Below, piece by piece: positions 23,721 to 33,828 of a DNA stretch of 64,000 nt. The stretch covers positions 124,001 through 188,000 of the forward strand of contig CBFDEM010000064.1 in the NCBI GenBank assembly GCA_965603825.1, in the 5' to 3' direction. The notes beneath the pieces are model-generated. The model did not search any database. It saw only the letters and a list, made by a program, of their open reading frames with translations, and was not told where the DNA came from. The first letter of the stretch is position 1. Each line of letters begins with the position of its first letter. This DNA is from Blepharisma stoltei ATCC 30299 (lineage: Eukaryota > Protista > Ciliophora). The position numbers were made by a program, and so were the translations under genes.

Positions 23721-24719
23721 ATGTCCAAGATTTTATTCCTTTTCGTAGCTTTCGTCGCTCTATCCAGTGCCGAAGTTGAAGTCCCAGCCTCACTTTTCAA
23801 TGGAAACTACGACGGCTTCAAAACCTTCGTAGGCGCCTTCATGAACGGTTATACCAACTCACAGTACACTCTCCCAGCTACCTGCTTAGACCAAGCATCT
23901 CAAGGCAAACTTGACGCTGATATGGTCAATATCATCACAGACGTTCTTAAATTCCGTCCTATGGAAACCTACGATAGTCTTGTAGTCTTCGCCAAAGATC
24001 TCGAAACGATGGCCTCCACCTGTGGAATAAGCCAAGTTACCACAAACTTAAACGCTGACTTAAAGAACAAAGGCAGCTGGTACGTTGTAGGAAACCTCAT
24101 ATTAGAGAAAGACGTAATTGAGTCTTACATCGCCGCTTCAACATTGGAGCTCATTGCCTTCAAGTTTGACAAGGCAGGAAAAGACTTTGGAATTGCTATG
24201 AGACATATGGTCCCACCATACACTGGAAAGTCCATGCTATCAAGCACATCTAGCCCAATTACTGAGCTCACCCAGTTTGGAAAAGGACTTCTTGATGGCT
24301 TTGAAGGTCAAGTGTCAGCTACAGGTGCCTGTTACAATGACATCACCAAATTCTTCGGAATTTTCGAGAATGGCTATGCTACCATTGAGAAAATTCTCCA
24401 ATTCAACATTGCAGCTATTGACGACTTAATTGTTGAATTTAAAGAAATCGAACCACAAATGAAGCAAATTTCAAGCCAATGCCCATTCGAGACCTTGTTT
24501 GCTTCAGTTCTTCAGAGCTTAACAACTGAAAAAGGACTTAAAGCTTTATATGCCAACTATTACAACTCACTTACAGTGATTGATGCAGACATTGAAAACG
24601 TCCTTAACTGCTCAGCTGACCTTTATACCTGTGGCAAGAGCTTAGGAAATGCCATTGACTTATTATTCAGCTGGAACCTTGAGAAGGCAAGCAAAACTCC
24701 AGGCTTTCTTCGTTTCTAA
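23721..24719 (+). CDS. Secreted protein with internal two-fold repeat
   Basis: Signal peptide MSKILFLFVAFVALSSA; two halves, each F..G/AF..G....C....C.....GK..G; strong C-ending codon bias suggests high expression. Confidence 0.85.
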   Translation: MSKILFLFVAFVALSSAEVEVPASLFNGNYDGFKTFVGAFMNGYTNSQYTLPATCLDQASQGKLDADMVNIITDVLKFRPMETYDSLVVFAKDLETMASTCGISQVTTNLNADLKNKGSWYVVGNLILEKDVIESYIAASTLELIAFKFDKAGKDFGIAMRHMVPPYTGKSMLSSTSSPITELTQFGKGLLDGFEGQVSATGACYNDITKFFGIFENGYATIEKILQFNIAAIDDLIVEFKEIEPQMKQISSQCPFETLFASVLQSLTTEKGLKALYANYYNSLTVIDADIENVLNCSADLYTCGKSLGNAIDLLFSWNLEKASKTPGFLRF

Positions 24720-24815
24720 ATAACATAACAGGCTGCTTAATATAATAATAAAATTGTCTTTAAACTAAAAATTGTGAAATTAGTTTGACTTTATAGTAAA
24801 AAAATATTTTAAATT

Positions 24816-25664
24816 TTATTTCTTTTTAGGCTTCGCTTTTCCTTTTGATTTCGGGTCTGGCTCTTCAACATAATTAGCGTCTTCTTCAATCGTTCTGATA
24901 CAAAATCCATCAATTTCATAAGGGTTTACGTTAGAATCTGGCTCTACAATTACAAGCTGGTACACAGTTTTGTTATTTAAAAGAGTTATCGCTTGGTCGT
25001 CTAGTCTTTGATTCAAAAATTTTCGATTTCCAGTTGGATCTAAAACATCTACATCGCCTGGCGGATTTTGGTATTTTTCTTGGAAGCTGGCTAACAAGTG
25101 CAATTTTTCATTAATTTTTTCGACTCTTGCAGATAAATCAGAAATTTGCCTTCTTAAATCCTCTTTCAATGCATTAATTTTCTGCTGCTTTGCTTCTTCA
25201 GGGGTTAATTCTTTGGCTTCTTCAACTTTTTTGCCTTTTTTGGTTTCTTCTTTTTTAGACTTTGCTTTTTCCGCTTCTTTTTTAGCTTCCTCAAGTTTTT
25301 TAGCTTCTTCAAGTTTTTTGGCTTCTTCTATTTTTTTTGCTTCTTCTATTTCGGCTGTTTCTTTCTTTTTTTCTTCTTTTCCAACTCTTCTCCGTCTGCT
25401 ATAAGCAGGTCTTTCCACAGCAACAGGCACTTTTTCTTCTTCAACGGGTGCGTTATTTTCCAATCTGTTTAACTTTTTCTGTTTCCCTTCAATATTTTTT
25501 GTGATATCTTCGATTTCTTTTATAAATTGGTTCTGCTTTTGAGTCATCAATGCAGCTATGTCTGCATATGCTTGTTTTTTGATTGCATCTATTAACGGTC
25601 CGGTTTGGCAGTTAATGTTAAAAACATGCCCTTGTTTGTATCCATAGGCGACTTTAATAAACAT
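24816..25664 (-). CDS. C22orf15/CXorf65-like protein with a charged coiled-coil insertion
   Basis: MFIKVAYG....FNINC....LI..IK N-terminus; DVLD..G....L......A...L.....Y.L C-terminus; EEAKK repeats between. Confidence 0.6.
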   Translation of the reverse strand: MFIKVAYGYKQGHVFNINCQTGPLIDAIKKQAYADIAALMTQKQNQFIKEIEDITKNIEGKQKKLNRLENNAPVEEEKVPVAVERPAYSRRRRVGKEEKKKETAEIEEAKKIEEAKKLEEAKKLEEAKKEAEKAKSKKEETKKGKKVEEAKELTPEEAKQQKINALKEDLRRQISDLSARVEKINEKLHLLASFQEKYQNPPGDVDVLDPTGNRKFLNQRLDDQAITLLNNKTVYQLVIVEPDSNVNPYEIDGFCIRTIEEDANYVEEPDPKSKGKAKPKKK

Positions 25665-25670
25665 TTTAAT

Positions 25671-26507
25671 TTAATAATCTCCAATTTTATATTGGGCAGT
25701 TGTCCTGTCTACTACCACTTTAGCCTTTTTCTCGTTTCTTCTCCACACGAGCTCTGATTGCTGTTTATGTATCAAAATTTTGGCAGCTTCTCTTTGTTTT
25801 TCTAGCTCAGTTTGTGTCTGAATGGCTACTGAAAGCTGAAACTGGACAGACCCTCCACTTTGAGTGCTCAGCCCATACCGATTTACCACAGATTTTTCTC
25901 CTTCTTCATCAAAGCTAAAAGTGTTGCTTAATTCCCATGGATTTTCTATACGGACGCTCCCTCCTAAGTAAAAGGAATAAATTTCTGAGCGCAATGATTC
26001 AATTGGCCTTCAGGTTTGAAGCGAAATTTTGTGAAATCCAGGAGTATTAGGGATCTCAAAGAAGCCGTAGCCTAAGATATGGTGGCGGCCATAGTCGTCA
26101 ACTGAGTTAACTTGGACACAGACTTGAGGCCAAGCTCGAAATAGAGCATCGTCAGTTGCTATTAAATTTCAAGCGACCGGGAAACAAAAATGAGATATGG
26201 GTTTTCTATTTTTCCCACTGGGGACAGCTCTTGAACAATGCGTCACTGACTTCCCACGGTTAATTAAGTCGCTTACATCTGTTTCTGTAGCTCTTGGGTC
26301 ATAATAATCTTCTAAATTATATTGCCAATTAGGTGGCAATCTTGAATCCATAAAAATATACAAATTATCATCTTCAAAATCTTTGGCAGACAGTAATTCT
26401 CCCATTACAAATACTTTTGCTCCGTTATAAGGCGGCGAAATAAAATTTTCCCCCGCCAAATTTTGCCTTAGTTCAATTTCTTTTTGGATAAAAGCAAGAT
26501 CAGCCAT
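25671..26507 (-). CDS. MKS1: MKS1-like B9-C2 domain transition-zone protein (278 aa)
   Basis: KVFVMGELLSAKDFEDDNLYI, SHFCFP, WPQV, GYG, QT(TGA=W)RP, FYLGGS, NRYGLSTQSGGSV follow the MKS1 B9 domain. Confidence 0.8.
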
Positions 26508-26521
26508 TTTAGAATATATAT

Positions 26522-27724
26522 ATGAAAGAGTCGTATATTGCAGGGATTGTTTCCTTTATTTTAATATGTGTTTGTATTGCAATATTGATTATGCAAGTAA
26601 TTTCTAAAGGTGATAAAGAAAAACTCGGAAAGTTCTCGTTAGTTGATGGAGAATTTTTAAGGGCTCATATTATTGGAGATTATGGAGAATTACGGAAGAG
26701 CCATGAGCTGAAAAATGGGAAGTGGTATGTAGAGTATGTGGCCGAAAAAATGAGAGAGATTTCTGATACTCAGCCCATTTCAATGGTAATTTCAGTTGGA
26801 GATAATATCTATAATAAGCCTAAAGGAAGCTTCGATGAAAGAAATTTTAAACTTATGGATAAAATTTTTAGTGAAGGCTCTATTGGGATGAAACCATGAT
26901 ATCTTGTGCTCGGAAATCATGACTGCAGGTCAGATTATTCTACTGAAATCGATATGAGTAAGCTCTACCGTAACTGAAACATGCCTAAGCCTTATTGAAA
27001 TTCTACAATCAATATTGGAAATTCTAAAAAGGTCAGTGTCATATATCTAAATACTTGCGAAATTGGCTGCGAAACGACAAAAACTTTTCCACACCTCCTT
27101 TCTGAGTGTGAAGATAATAAAGAAAAGTATTCAAATAAAAAAATAAACAAGCAATATTCCTGGCTTGAAAGCACTCTTTCTTCATTATATAAAGACCCTT
27201 CGATTTCTTGGCTTATTGTTGTCATGCATATGCCAATGTTTTCTGCCAGCAAGGCTCATGGTGATAATGAACAATTAAAAACAAGGCTATACCCTTTGTT
27301 GTTTAAATATAACGTAGACTTAGTATTAGCAGGCCATGACCACCTGATGCAATATATGGCAAACAAAAAAGCCTCTGAGCCTACACCTTTTGAGCCAAAG
27401 GTCAATGATACTGATAGTCTTGATTGCGGATATTTGGAGTATGTGCCTTATCAGAGAGAAGTGGAATTCGATAAAGGAGAATATTTACACCAAGTTGTAA
27501 TGGGAGCTGGAGGAGGAGACCTTGACCCAATTTGCCCAAAGAGAGTTACAGATATGGCAGAGTTGCTATACGCGAATACTAATTATGGGTTTGCTGAGCT
27601 GTATGCGGATCCAGATTTACTCAGTATCAATTTTTATGAATATAATAGCTCACAGCCTGTTTTTACAGCAAATATCCATAGCTACAACTTAACAGGTGTC
27701 TCAAATCTCCAGAAATCTAATTAA
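26522..27724 (+). CDS. Purple acid phosphatase / calcineurin-like metallophosphoesterase, paralog A
   Basis: GDYG, GDNIY, GNHD, GHDH metal ligands; N-terminal TM; three TGA codons align with TGG in paralog B. Confidence 0.92.
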
Positions 27725-27936
27725 TAGAATTCTTGATATCTGTTTCCCCCATTATAAGAAATTATTTGGATTTTTCTATTTGTACTTCATTTAGCAATAA
27801 ATATCAATACTCCTAAAACCGACTTTCACATATTTTATTTCCTCTTTATTAAGCTAATCACCTTTTATTGCGAAAAATAATGAATTCGCAATCTTTTTAT
27901 TAAATTTGTCATTTGTTGATGAAATAAACTAAAAAT

Positions 27937-29139
27937 ATGAAGGAGAGGAACATTATTGTCATTATTACATGGATTTTGATTACTGTTTTTGCAATAGTTC
28001 TTATTGCCCAAGCAGCTTCAAGTGGTGGTAAAGAAAAAATCTCAAAGTACCAGCTTGTCCAAGGCAATTATTTAAGAGCCCATGTAATAGGTGACTATGG
28101 TGAAGTAGAAAAGTCTTATAGACTCCCTAATGGAGAATGGCATGTAGAATGAGTAGCAGCTGGCATGAGAAATCTAGCAGACATTCGTCCAATTTCTATG
28201 GTAATTTCTGTAGGTGACAACATTTATAATCAGCCAGAGGGCAGTTTTGATAATAGAAACTTTAAGCTGATGCATGAAATCTTTGATCAAGGCTCTATAT
28301 CAATGAAGCCTTGGTACGTTGTATTAGGGAATCATGATTGTATGTCAGATATTTCTGACGAACTCGATATGACGAAATTATACCCAAACTGGAATATGCC
28401 TGCGCCTTATTGGAATACAACGGTTAGTATAGGAAATGACATGAAACTAGGGCTTATTTATTTGAATTCTTGCGAAATTGCATGTGAAGTCCCTGATCTT
28501 TATCCTTATTTACAAGGGGAGTGTGAGTCTATGAAAGTACATGCTACAGAGAGTAAGGTAAATAAACAATATGCATGGCTTGAACAAGTTTTGATTGATC
28601 TGAATAAAGATACAACGATAGCTTGGATTGCTGTTGTAATGCATATGCCAATTTTTTCTGCAAGTGTGGAGCATGGAGATAATGATCAGCTGAAAAAGAG
28701 ACTTTACCCAATTTTATTCAAATATAACGTAGATTTAGTGTTGACTGGCCATGACCATCAAATGGAGTATTTAGCTAGTAAAAAGAACAGTGAGCCTACA
28801 CCTTTTCAACCTAGTGTAAATGTTACAGGATTAAAGTGTGGGTATATGGAGTATATTCCTGATCAAAGAGAATTTGATTTTGACAAAGGAGACTATATTC
28901 ATAATATTATTATGGGAGCTGGAGGAGCTTCTATTGATGAAATTTGCCCAGACAGAGTAACAGATATGGCAGATTTGATATATGGGAACACAAAGAATTA
29001 TGGGTTTATGGAGCTATATGTGGATCCAAGTATAATCAGCATTAATTTTTATGAATATAATAGCACAGAACCTATTTTCACATCTAATATTCATAATTAT
29101 AATGCTACGACAAGTAGTGAAGAGTTTAAAATATTCTAA
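27937..29139 (+). CDS. Purple acid phosphatase / metallophosphoesterase, paralog B
   Basis: Same motifs and same length (1203 nt) as paralog A; one TGA at 28150. Confidence 0.92.
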
Positions 29140-29236
29140 GGGATATTATTAATCGTAAATATTTAGCTATTAAATACTTGTTATTTAAATTACAGCAAGC
29201 TATTGCTGATAGCATTTTTATTTAGCCTATAATAAA

Positions 29237-29491
29237 ATGAACACACCAAATATGCTAAGACTCCAAGAAAATCCGACTTTTTTAACAAAATTCCAGAAAT
29301 ACACAGACTCAGAAGTATTAAGAGACATTTCTAATATAGAAAAAGGATTTGTAAGTGCATCTCAGCCTGAAACTTCTGTACATAATGAGCACAGAGTTCT
29401 TCTCAAGGATTTTCAAGTTAAACTAGCAAAAAGACTAGCTGTAAATAATGGAGAATTTAAACCCGAAAATCTGAGATGGTTTGATAATTAA
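29237..29491 (+). CDS. Small hypothetical protein
   Basis: 84-aa ORF with A-rich start context (taaaATG). Confidence 0.55.
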   Translation: MNTPNMLRLQENPTFLTKFQKYTDSEVLRDISNIEKGFVSASQPETSVHNEHRVLLKDFQVKLAKRLAVNNGEFKPENLRWFDN

Positions 29492-29558
29492 TTGATATTT
29501 TCTATACAAAGTAATTGAAATCATAAACTTTTAAAAAATGTAATTTTATAAAAATGGA

Positions 29559-30137
29559 CTAAAAAATCAAGCGGCACTTCGAACACATAATTTCTACTTC
29601 ATCTATATCTTGAGAATAACCTAAACACGAATTATGGTAAATTGAATAGCAACCAGGACATGTGAAATAAGGCTCGTCTGGATTGAAAATTTTATTGCAT
29701 TTACACACCCTTTTCCACTCATCTATGCTTGGCACAATTTTATTTAATTGTGGGCTGAAAGTTGCTCTTGTAAAAAAAACGTCTTCTACATCTTCAGTCC
29801 TTACAAAGTCATTGTATTTTAATACCAAAATTTTTTCTTCAATCATTTCCATTTCAATTATTTGCTTTTCATCACTATCAAAAAGCTCAATTTCACTGAA
29901 GCTTATATAATTTGCAATCTCTAAGTCAATTGCTCGATAAAACCACCTGATAAGCAGTTCCCCACAGCACAAATCGAAGTTTCATCATATCTTTTCTATA
30001 GTGGCATATGCTGACTGGTTATCTTCAAGTCTTACTGAAATTGTGTCCCCAGACTTGTAATACTCATTATCAACTTTGATAAAAGTTCTTTTTACTCTTC
30101 CGTTGTCAGGAAGGCGCTTTGCCTTCAAAAATTCCAT
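29559..30137 (-). CDS. BAH-PHD chromatin reader (EBS/SHL-like), 192 aa
   Basis: YKSGDTISV..AYATIEKI(TGA TGA=WW)..IRWFYR..ELFDSD (BAH) then C.C...FNPDEPY..C..C...YH..C.....C..C (PHD). Confidence 0.85.
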
Positions 30138-30192
30138 TATATGGGGGTATTTTAATAAAATTAAATAGTTAATTTTTTGCGAAAATAAGCCA

Positions 30193-30827
30193 GAAATCAG
30201 TAACCAGCATTTACCTACAAGGGCTAGAAAATCTTACCCTTGAGAATCGCCCTTATGGGTGAATTTTTAATAAGATGGAAATATCTATTCTAGGTCTTCC
30301 TTCATGCCGTTGAGCCTTGCCCAATTCAGTCCGCTCCTATGCTCCCTTACAAACTTTGAAAAATTACACCAACTAGAGCAATTTATTCCTGCTAGAGCCT
30401 GCGTCCCAAATGATTGGTCTCTTCCACTTAAGGTTCTTTGATCGTAAAAGGGCTCTTAAAAACGGCAAGCCTGAATCCAAAAGAGGGTTACTAAAGTTAC
30501 TCATAGAGATCTCCGCCCTGTGCGATACCTATTCCATATGTGAGATCTCTCAAAGCACTCCTTATTGCCAAGAGCTGGTCAATCCTTTGTAACTTGCTGG
30601 AGATTTTCCCTTCAACTCAAGGTCCTTTGGTCGTTAAAGGGCTCTTAAAAATGACAAGTCTGAGCCCAAAAGGGTTACTAAAGTTACTCATAGAGTTCTT
30701 CACCCAGTGCGACACCTATTCCGTGAGTGAGATCTCTCAAAGCAGTCCTTATTGTCAAGAGCTTGCTAATCCTTTGTAACTTGCTGAATATATATTCCAT
30801 GCTATGTACCGACCCAAGGTCGATTTC
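30193..30827. mobile_element. Putative inserted element (635 bp) flanked by a 12-13 bp target-site-like direct repeat
   Basis: (c)gaaaataagcca at 30180-30192 and 30827-30839; ends gaaatc / gatttc; interior visibly GC-richer than the flanks. Confidence 0.65.
30421..30790. repeat. Imperfect tandem duplication, about 189-bp period, inside the inserted element
   Basis: aaagggctcttaaaaa, agggttactaaagttactcatagag, gtgagatctctcaaagca and aatcctttgtaacttgctg each occur twice. Confidence 0.92.
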
Positions 30828-31227
30828 GAAAATAAGCCAATTTATAAAATTGTTTAAAATTCAAGGACAGAAGAGATTTTATTGTAATATTCAATAAATG
30901 GATCATTATAATTTATTTTTATAGTATCTTCGAACATTCTTTTTCATAATTGCAATTCATTTGAGCTAATAAATAAAATTCCTGCAAACTCAATTGAATC
31001 ATAATAATAATTAGACAGGGAAATATCATTAGCAAGCCCATTACACATACTCTATGATAGTGCAATTCATATAAGGCAAACCTTTTAATCCTTATTATTT
31101 AATTTCATTATGTAATAAACAATGAACTATCGCATACTCCAATTTGCTATTGTTATGGAATTTATCTAATTTTTAGATTGATTAATGAAATATCTCTGAG
31201 TTCTTAAAAGCAAAGATTGTATAATTA

Positions 31228-31518
31228 TTACCATTCCAAATGTATGTGAGATCCGTCACAAAATGGCCCTGACCTTTTGTCATTATGCTTGCATCCACAT
31301 AAATACCACATTTTCTGTTTTCTTTCAACTGTGAAGGTTATTGGCTGAAACTCAGTACCTATGTGAGCATCGTCACAAAATGGCTGGGTTTTTGACAATC
31401 CACATGTACAATATCTGTATTCTTTTCCTGGCTCTAAGTCATCTATTCTATATGGGTTTGGAGCTGCAATTCTTGGCAGTCTTTCATTTTCTCCACTGGC
31501 TTCTTTGGACTCTTCCAT
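31228..31518 (-). CDS. CDGSH iron-sulfur protein with two CDGSH motifs (CISD3/MiNT-like)
   Basis: YCTCGLSKTQPFCDDAH and LCGCKH....GPFCDGSH. Confidence 0.92.
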   Translation of the reverse strand: MEESKEASGENERLPRIAAPNPYRIDDLEPGKEYRYCTCGLSKTQPFCDDAHIGTEFQPITFTVERKQKMWYLCGCKHNDKRSGPFCDGSHIHLEW

Positions 31519-31539
31519 GTTAAAAATATTAAGAAATTA

Positions 31540-32069
31540 CATGCGATCTCAACATAGAGTTCTTAAGTGAATTTTAATTGTTCGCATGAGCCAGGCCCTG
31601 CAGTTAATATACCTGTAGATTTGTTAAGCTAAGCGCATAAAACGCTTACTTGACCGTCTGACAGGGTTAACTTTAATCCGTCATTTTATTTATTATTATG
31701 GTTTAATGCATATCGTTTCGGTCATTTTAATTGTAAAATTAAGCTTGATTAATTTTAACTAAAAATCATAAATTATAGGATTAAATAAATTCTTAGGATC
31801 TTTTATAGGTTTTTGCTTATGATTTAATAAGCAAGGAGCTTGCAATTAATTTACACAATTAAAATTGGCAAAGTGGCAATCCAGCATGCAGCGAGTGAAG
31901 GTCAGTGTAAATAAGAAGCTTTAATTGAAAGAAATTTCAATTTGACCAGGTCTAATGATTCTGTTTCTGAAGTCTGCAAGAGCGCAGATTGATTCATTTC
32001 TGGACTAGGCACTCATGATGGATAGATAGTTTGCATTATGGTAGGTGCAGAGTAATAGGATATGCCTAG
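31540..32069. ncRNA. Candidate structured non-coding RNA(s), family unknown
   Basis: Several GC-containing stem-loops with G-U pairs on the + strand; see findings. Confidence 0.3.
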
Positions 32070-32107
32070 AAAAAATGCAATGTCATTATGCTTATTCTCT
32101 TATTTTA

Positions 32108-32731
32108 TTAGATAAATGGATTATTAAATATTTTACATTCTTTAGCACTCCTATTTCCAAGCAAATATATCAGTTGCCCATCTTCAAATATGGAATTGGA
32201 TTTTTCTGGTATTGGTGACTGAGAAATAGAGAGGTCTCTTTGAAAATTCTTTTTTCTTTTAACTTCTCGAACTGATCTTGCTCTACTGTTGAGCAAAGGT
32301 TTATATACTTCTCCTGGCGTCCTTGCTCTTAACGGACTATGAAATTCTCTCTTAGAAGTATTTTTGTTTCTATTAAGTATAGGATTTTCTCCGAAGCTTT
32401 CATTTTTAGCTGTTTTAACAGTAGGCGTCTCAGATTTCCTATGCTTGATGATTCTCATATTTTTTTCTTTCGCAAACATCACCAAGCTGAAAAAGCTCGC
32501 GAAATTTGGCTTTATCATTTTCCTCTCCAGAGTAGTAGGCGTGCTATCAATTTCATTTGCCAATAAATTTGGGCTGTCAATTTTCACATCGGAAATTTTA
32601 ACCAAAAGTTTCATTTTTCTTCTTTTGCTTCTCAGCCCTTCAATTTTTCTTTGCAAAGCAGATAAATTTCTCTTTTCCTCCAAAATTTGGTTGAAATTTT
32701 TTATGTTTTCTGAATATTTTCTTCTCTGCAT
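32108..32731 (-). CDS. Hypothetical basic protein
   Basis: 207-aa ATG..TAA ORF. Confidence 0.65.
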   Translation of the reverse strand: MQRRKYSENIKNFNQILEEKRNLSALQRKIEGLRSKRRKMKLLVKISDVKIDSPNLLANEIDSTPTTLERKMIKPNFASFFSLVMFAKEKNMRIIKHRKSETPTVKTAKNESFGENPILNRNKNTSKREFHSPLRARTPGEVYKPLLNSRARSVREVKRKKNFQRDLSISQSPIPEKSNSIFEDGQLIYLLGNRSAKECKIFNNPFI

Positions 32732-32748
32732 TAAATTATAATAAATAT

Positions 32749-33828
32749 ATGAGCAAAAAGCACAAAGACTTAGATATCATTTTGGGTCTTGATCGCAACG
32801 ATTTTGACATTGCGCACGTTGAAAATGACATTTCTCCTGAAGGAGATTCATGTGTGGCAAAAATCGCAGAGTATTTAAGCAATAAAGAATTTGATGAGAG
32901 CATCCAAGAAGAAAGCCAAGAATCTGATACAGTTCCAGCTCCTACTGCAAATGCTCATAAAAAGATAAAGAAGACCAAGAAAAAGCTGATCACGCCTAAA
33001 AGCAGTTTTAAAGCTACAAGCAACCATGACATAAGCAAATCTCCATCAATGCAAAGCGTAAGTGCCAATGAAGATGTAGCGCTGCTGACACATAGAACTT
33101 CTCATGATGCCATAAAATCAATATATTCGCTTGTTACCTCAAAAATGCCGTTTTCGAATAGCTCGAGTGTAGATTTTTCAAAAAATGATAAAAGAGATAT
33201 ACAAATTTATTTTCAAACCAAAACCAAAGAATTTCAAGATACCCTTATACAGGAATTAGGAAGAAGACCGCTCACACCTTATGAAATAAGCAAAAAAGAA
33301 AAACTGCAAAAATGAAATAATAAACTGGATAAAAAAAGAGAAGAAATTTTAGCGAAAAAGCAGCAGGAGGAAATTGAAAGAGTTTGCAAATCGAATGAAG
33401 TCACAAAAATGAGGCTTCAAGAAAAAATTGAGGCTCAGACACAGCGAGCTGTTAGAAACATTAAAAGAAATCTGAAAATTGAGAGAAAAAAGAAAAAAAG
33501 TGAAGCCAAAAGTATACACAAACAAGAAAAAGGCCTGATTTTAGAAAATATTAGAAATTTTTATAGAGATAGAATAAGTTTATTGAAAGAGAAAATTGAA
33601 AGCGAAAAAATAGAGAAAAAAGTTGTGGAATTTGAGCAGAAAAAGGTATAAAATAATTAGATCTTATCAGAAGCAGTTAGAGAGAGAAGAATGAGAAGAA
33701 AACAGTACATCGAAGAAGCAAAATCCATATTAGAAAAAGAAACAGAAAAGCTTCAGTCCGATTTATTAGATTCTACTTTGTGTTTAGAAGAAAAACTGTT
33801 GAAGATTTATCGAGGATATGTAAAATAA
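32749..33828 (+). CDS. Coiled-coil protein with CEP95-like C-terminus; 15-nt intron 33646-33660
   Basis: TGA 33313 read as Trp; LENIRNFYRDRISLLKEKI resembles the CEP95 C-terminal ENYYKDQFSLL.E motif. Confidence 0.7.
33646..33660 (+). other. 15-nt spliceosomal intron
   Basis: gtataaaataattag; removes two in-frame stops. Confidence 0.85.

Noticed and set aside
26897-26999. In-frame TGA codons as pseudogene lesions or selenocysteine
   Set aside because: They align with TGG in the paralog and occur in many intact genes; no Sec-type redox motifs seen
30410-30779. Two similar short ORFs (KGLLKLLIE...CQEL.NPL) as genes
   Set aside because: Products of the internal tandem repeat of the inserted element; no recognisable domain
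30421-30790. CRISPR-like array
   Set aside because: Only two long imperfect units, no repeat-spacer structure, eukaryotic context
31659-31683. Telomerase RNA template (ttaaccctg on the - strand)
   Set aside because: Does not match the heterotrich telomere repeat CCCTAACA; no telomeric arrays seen in the window
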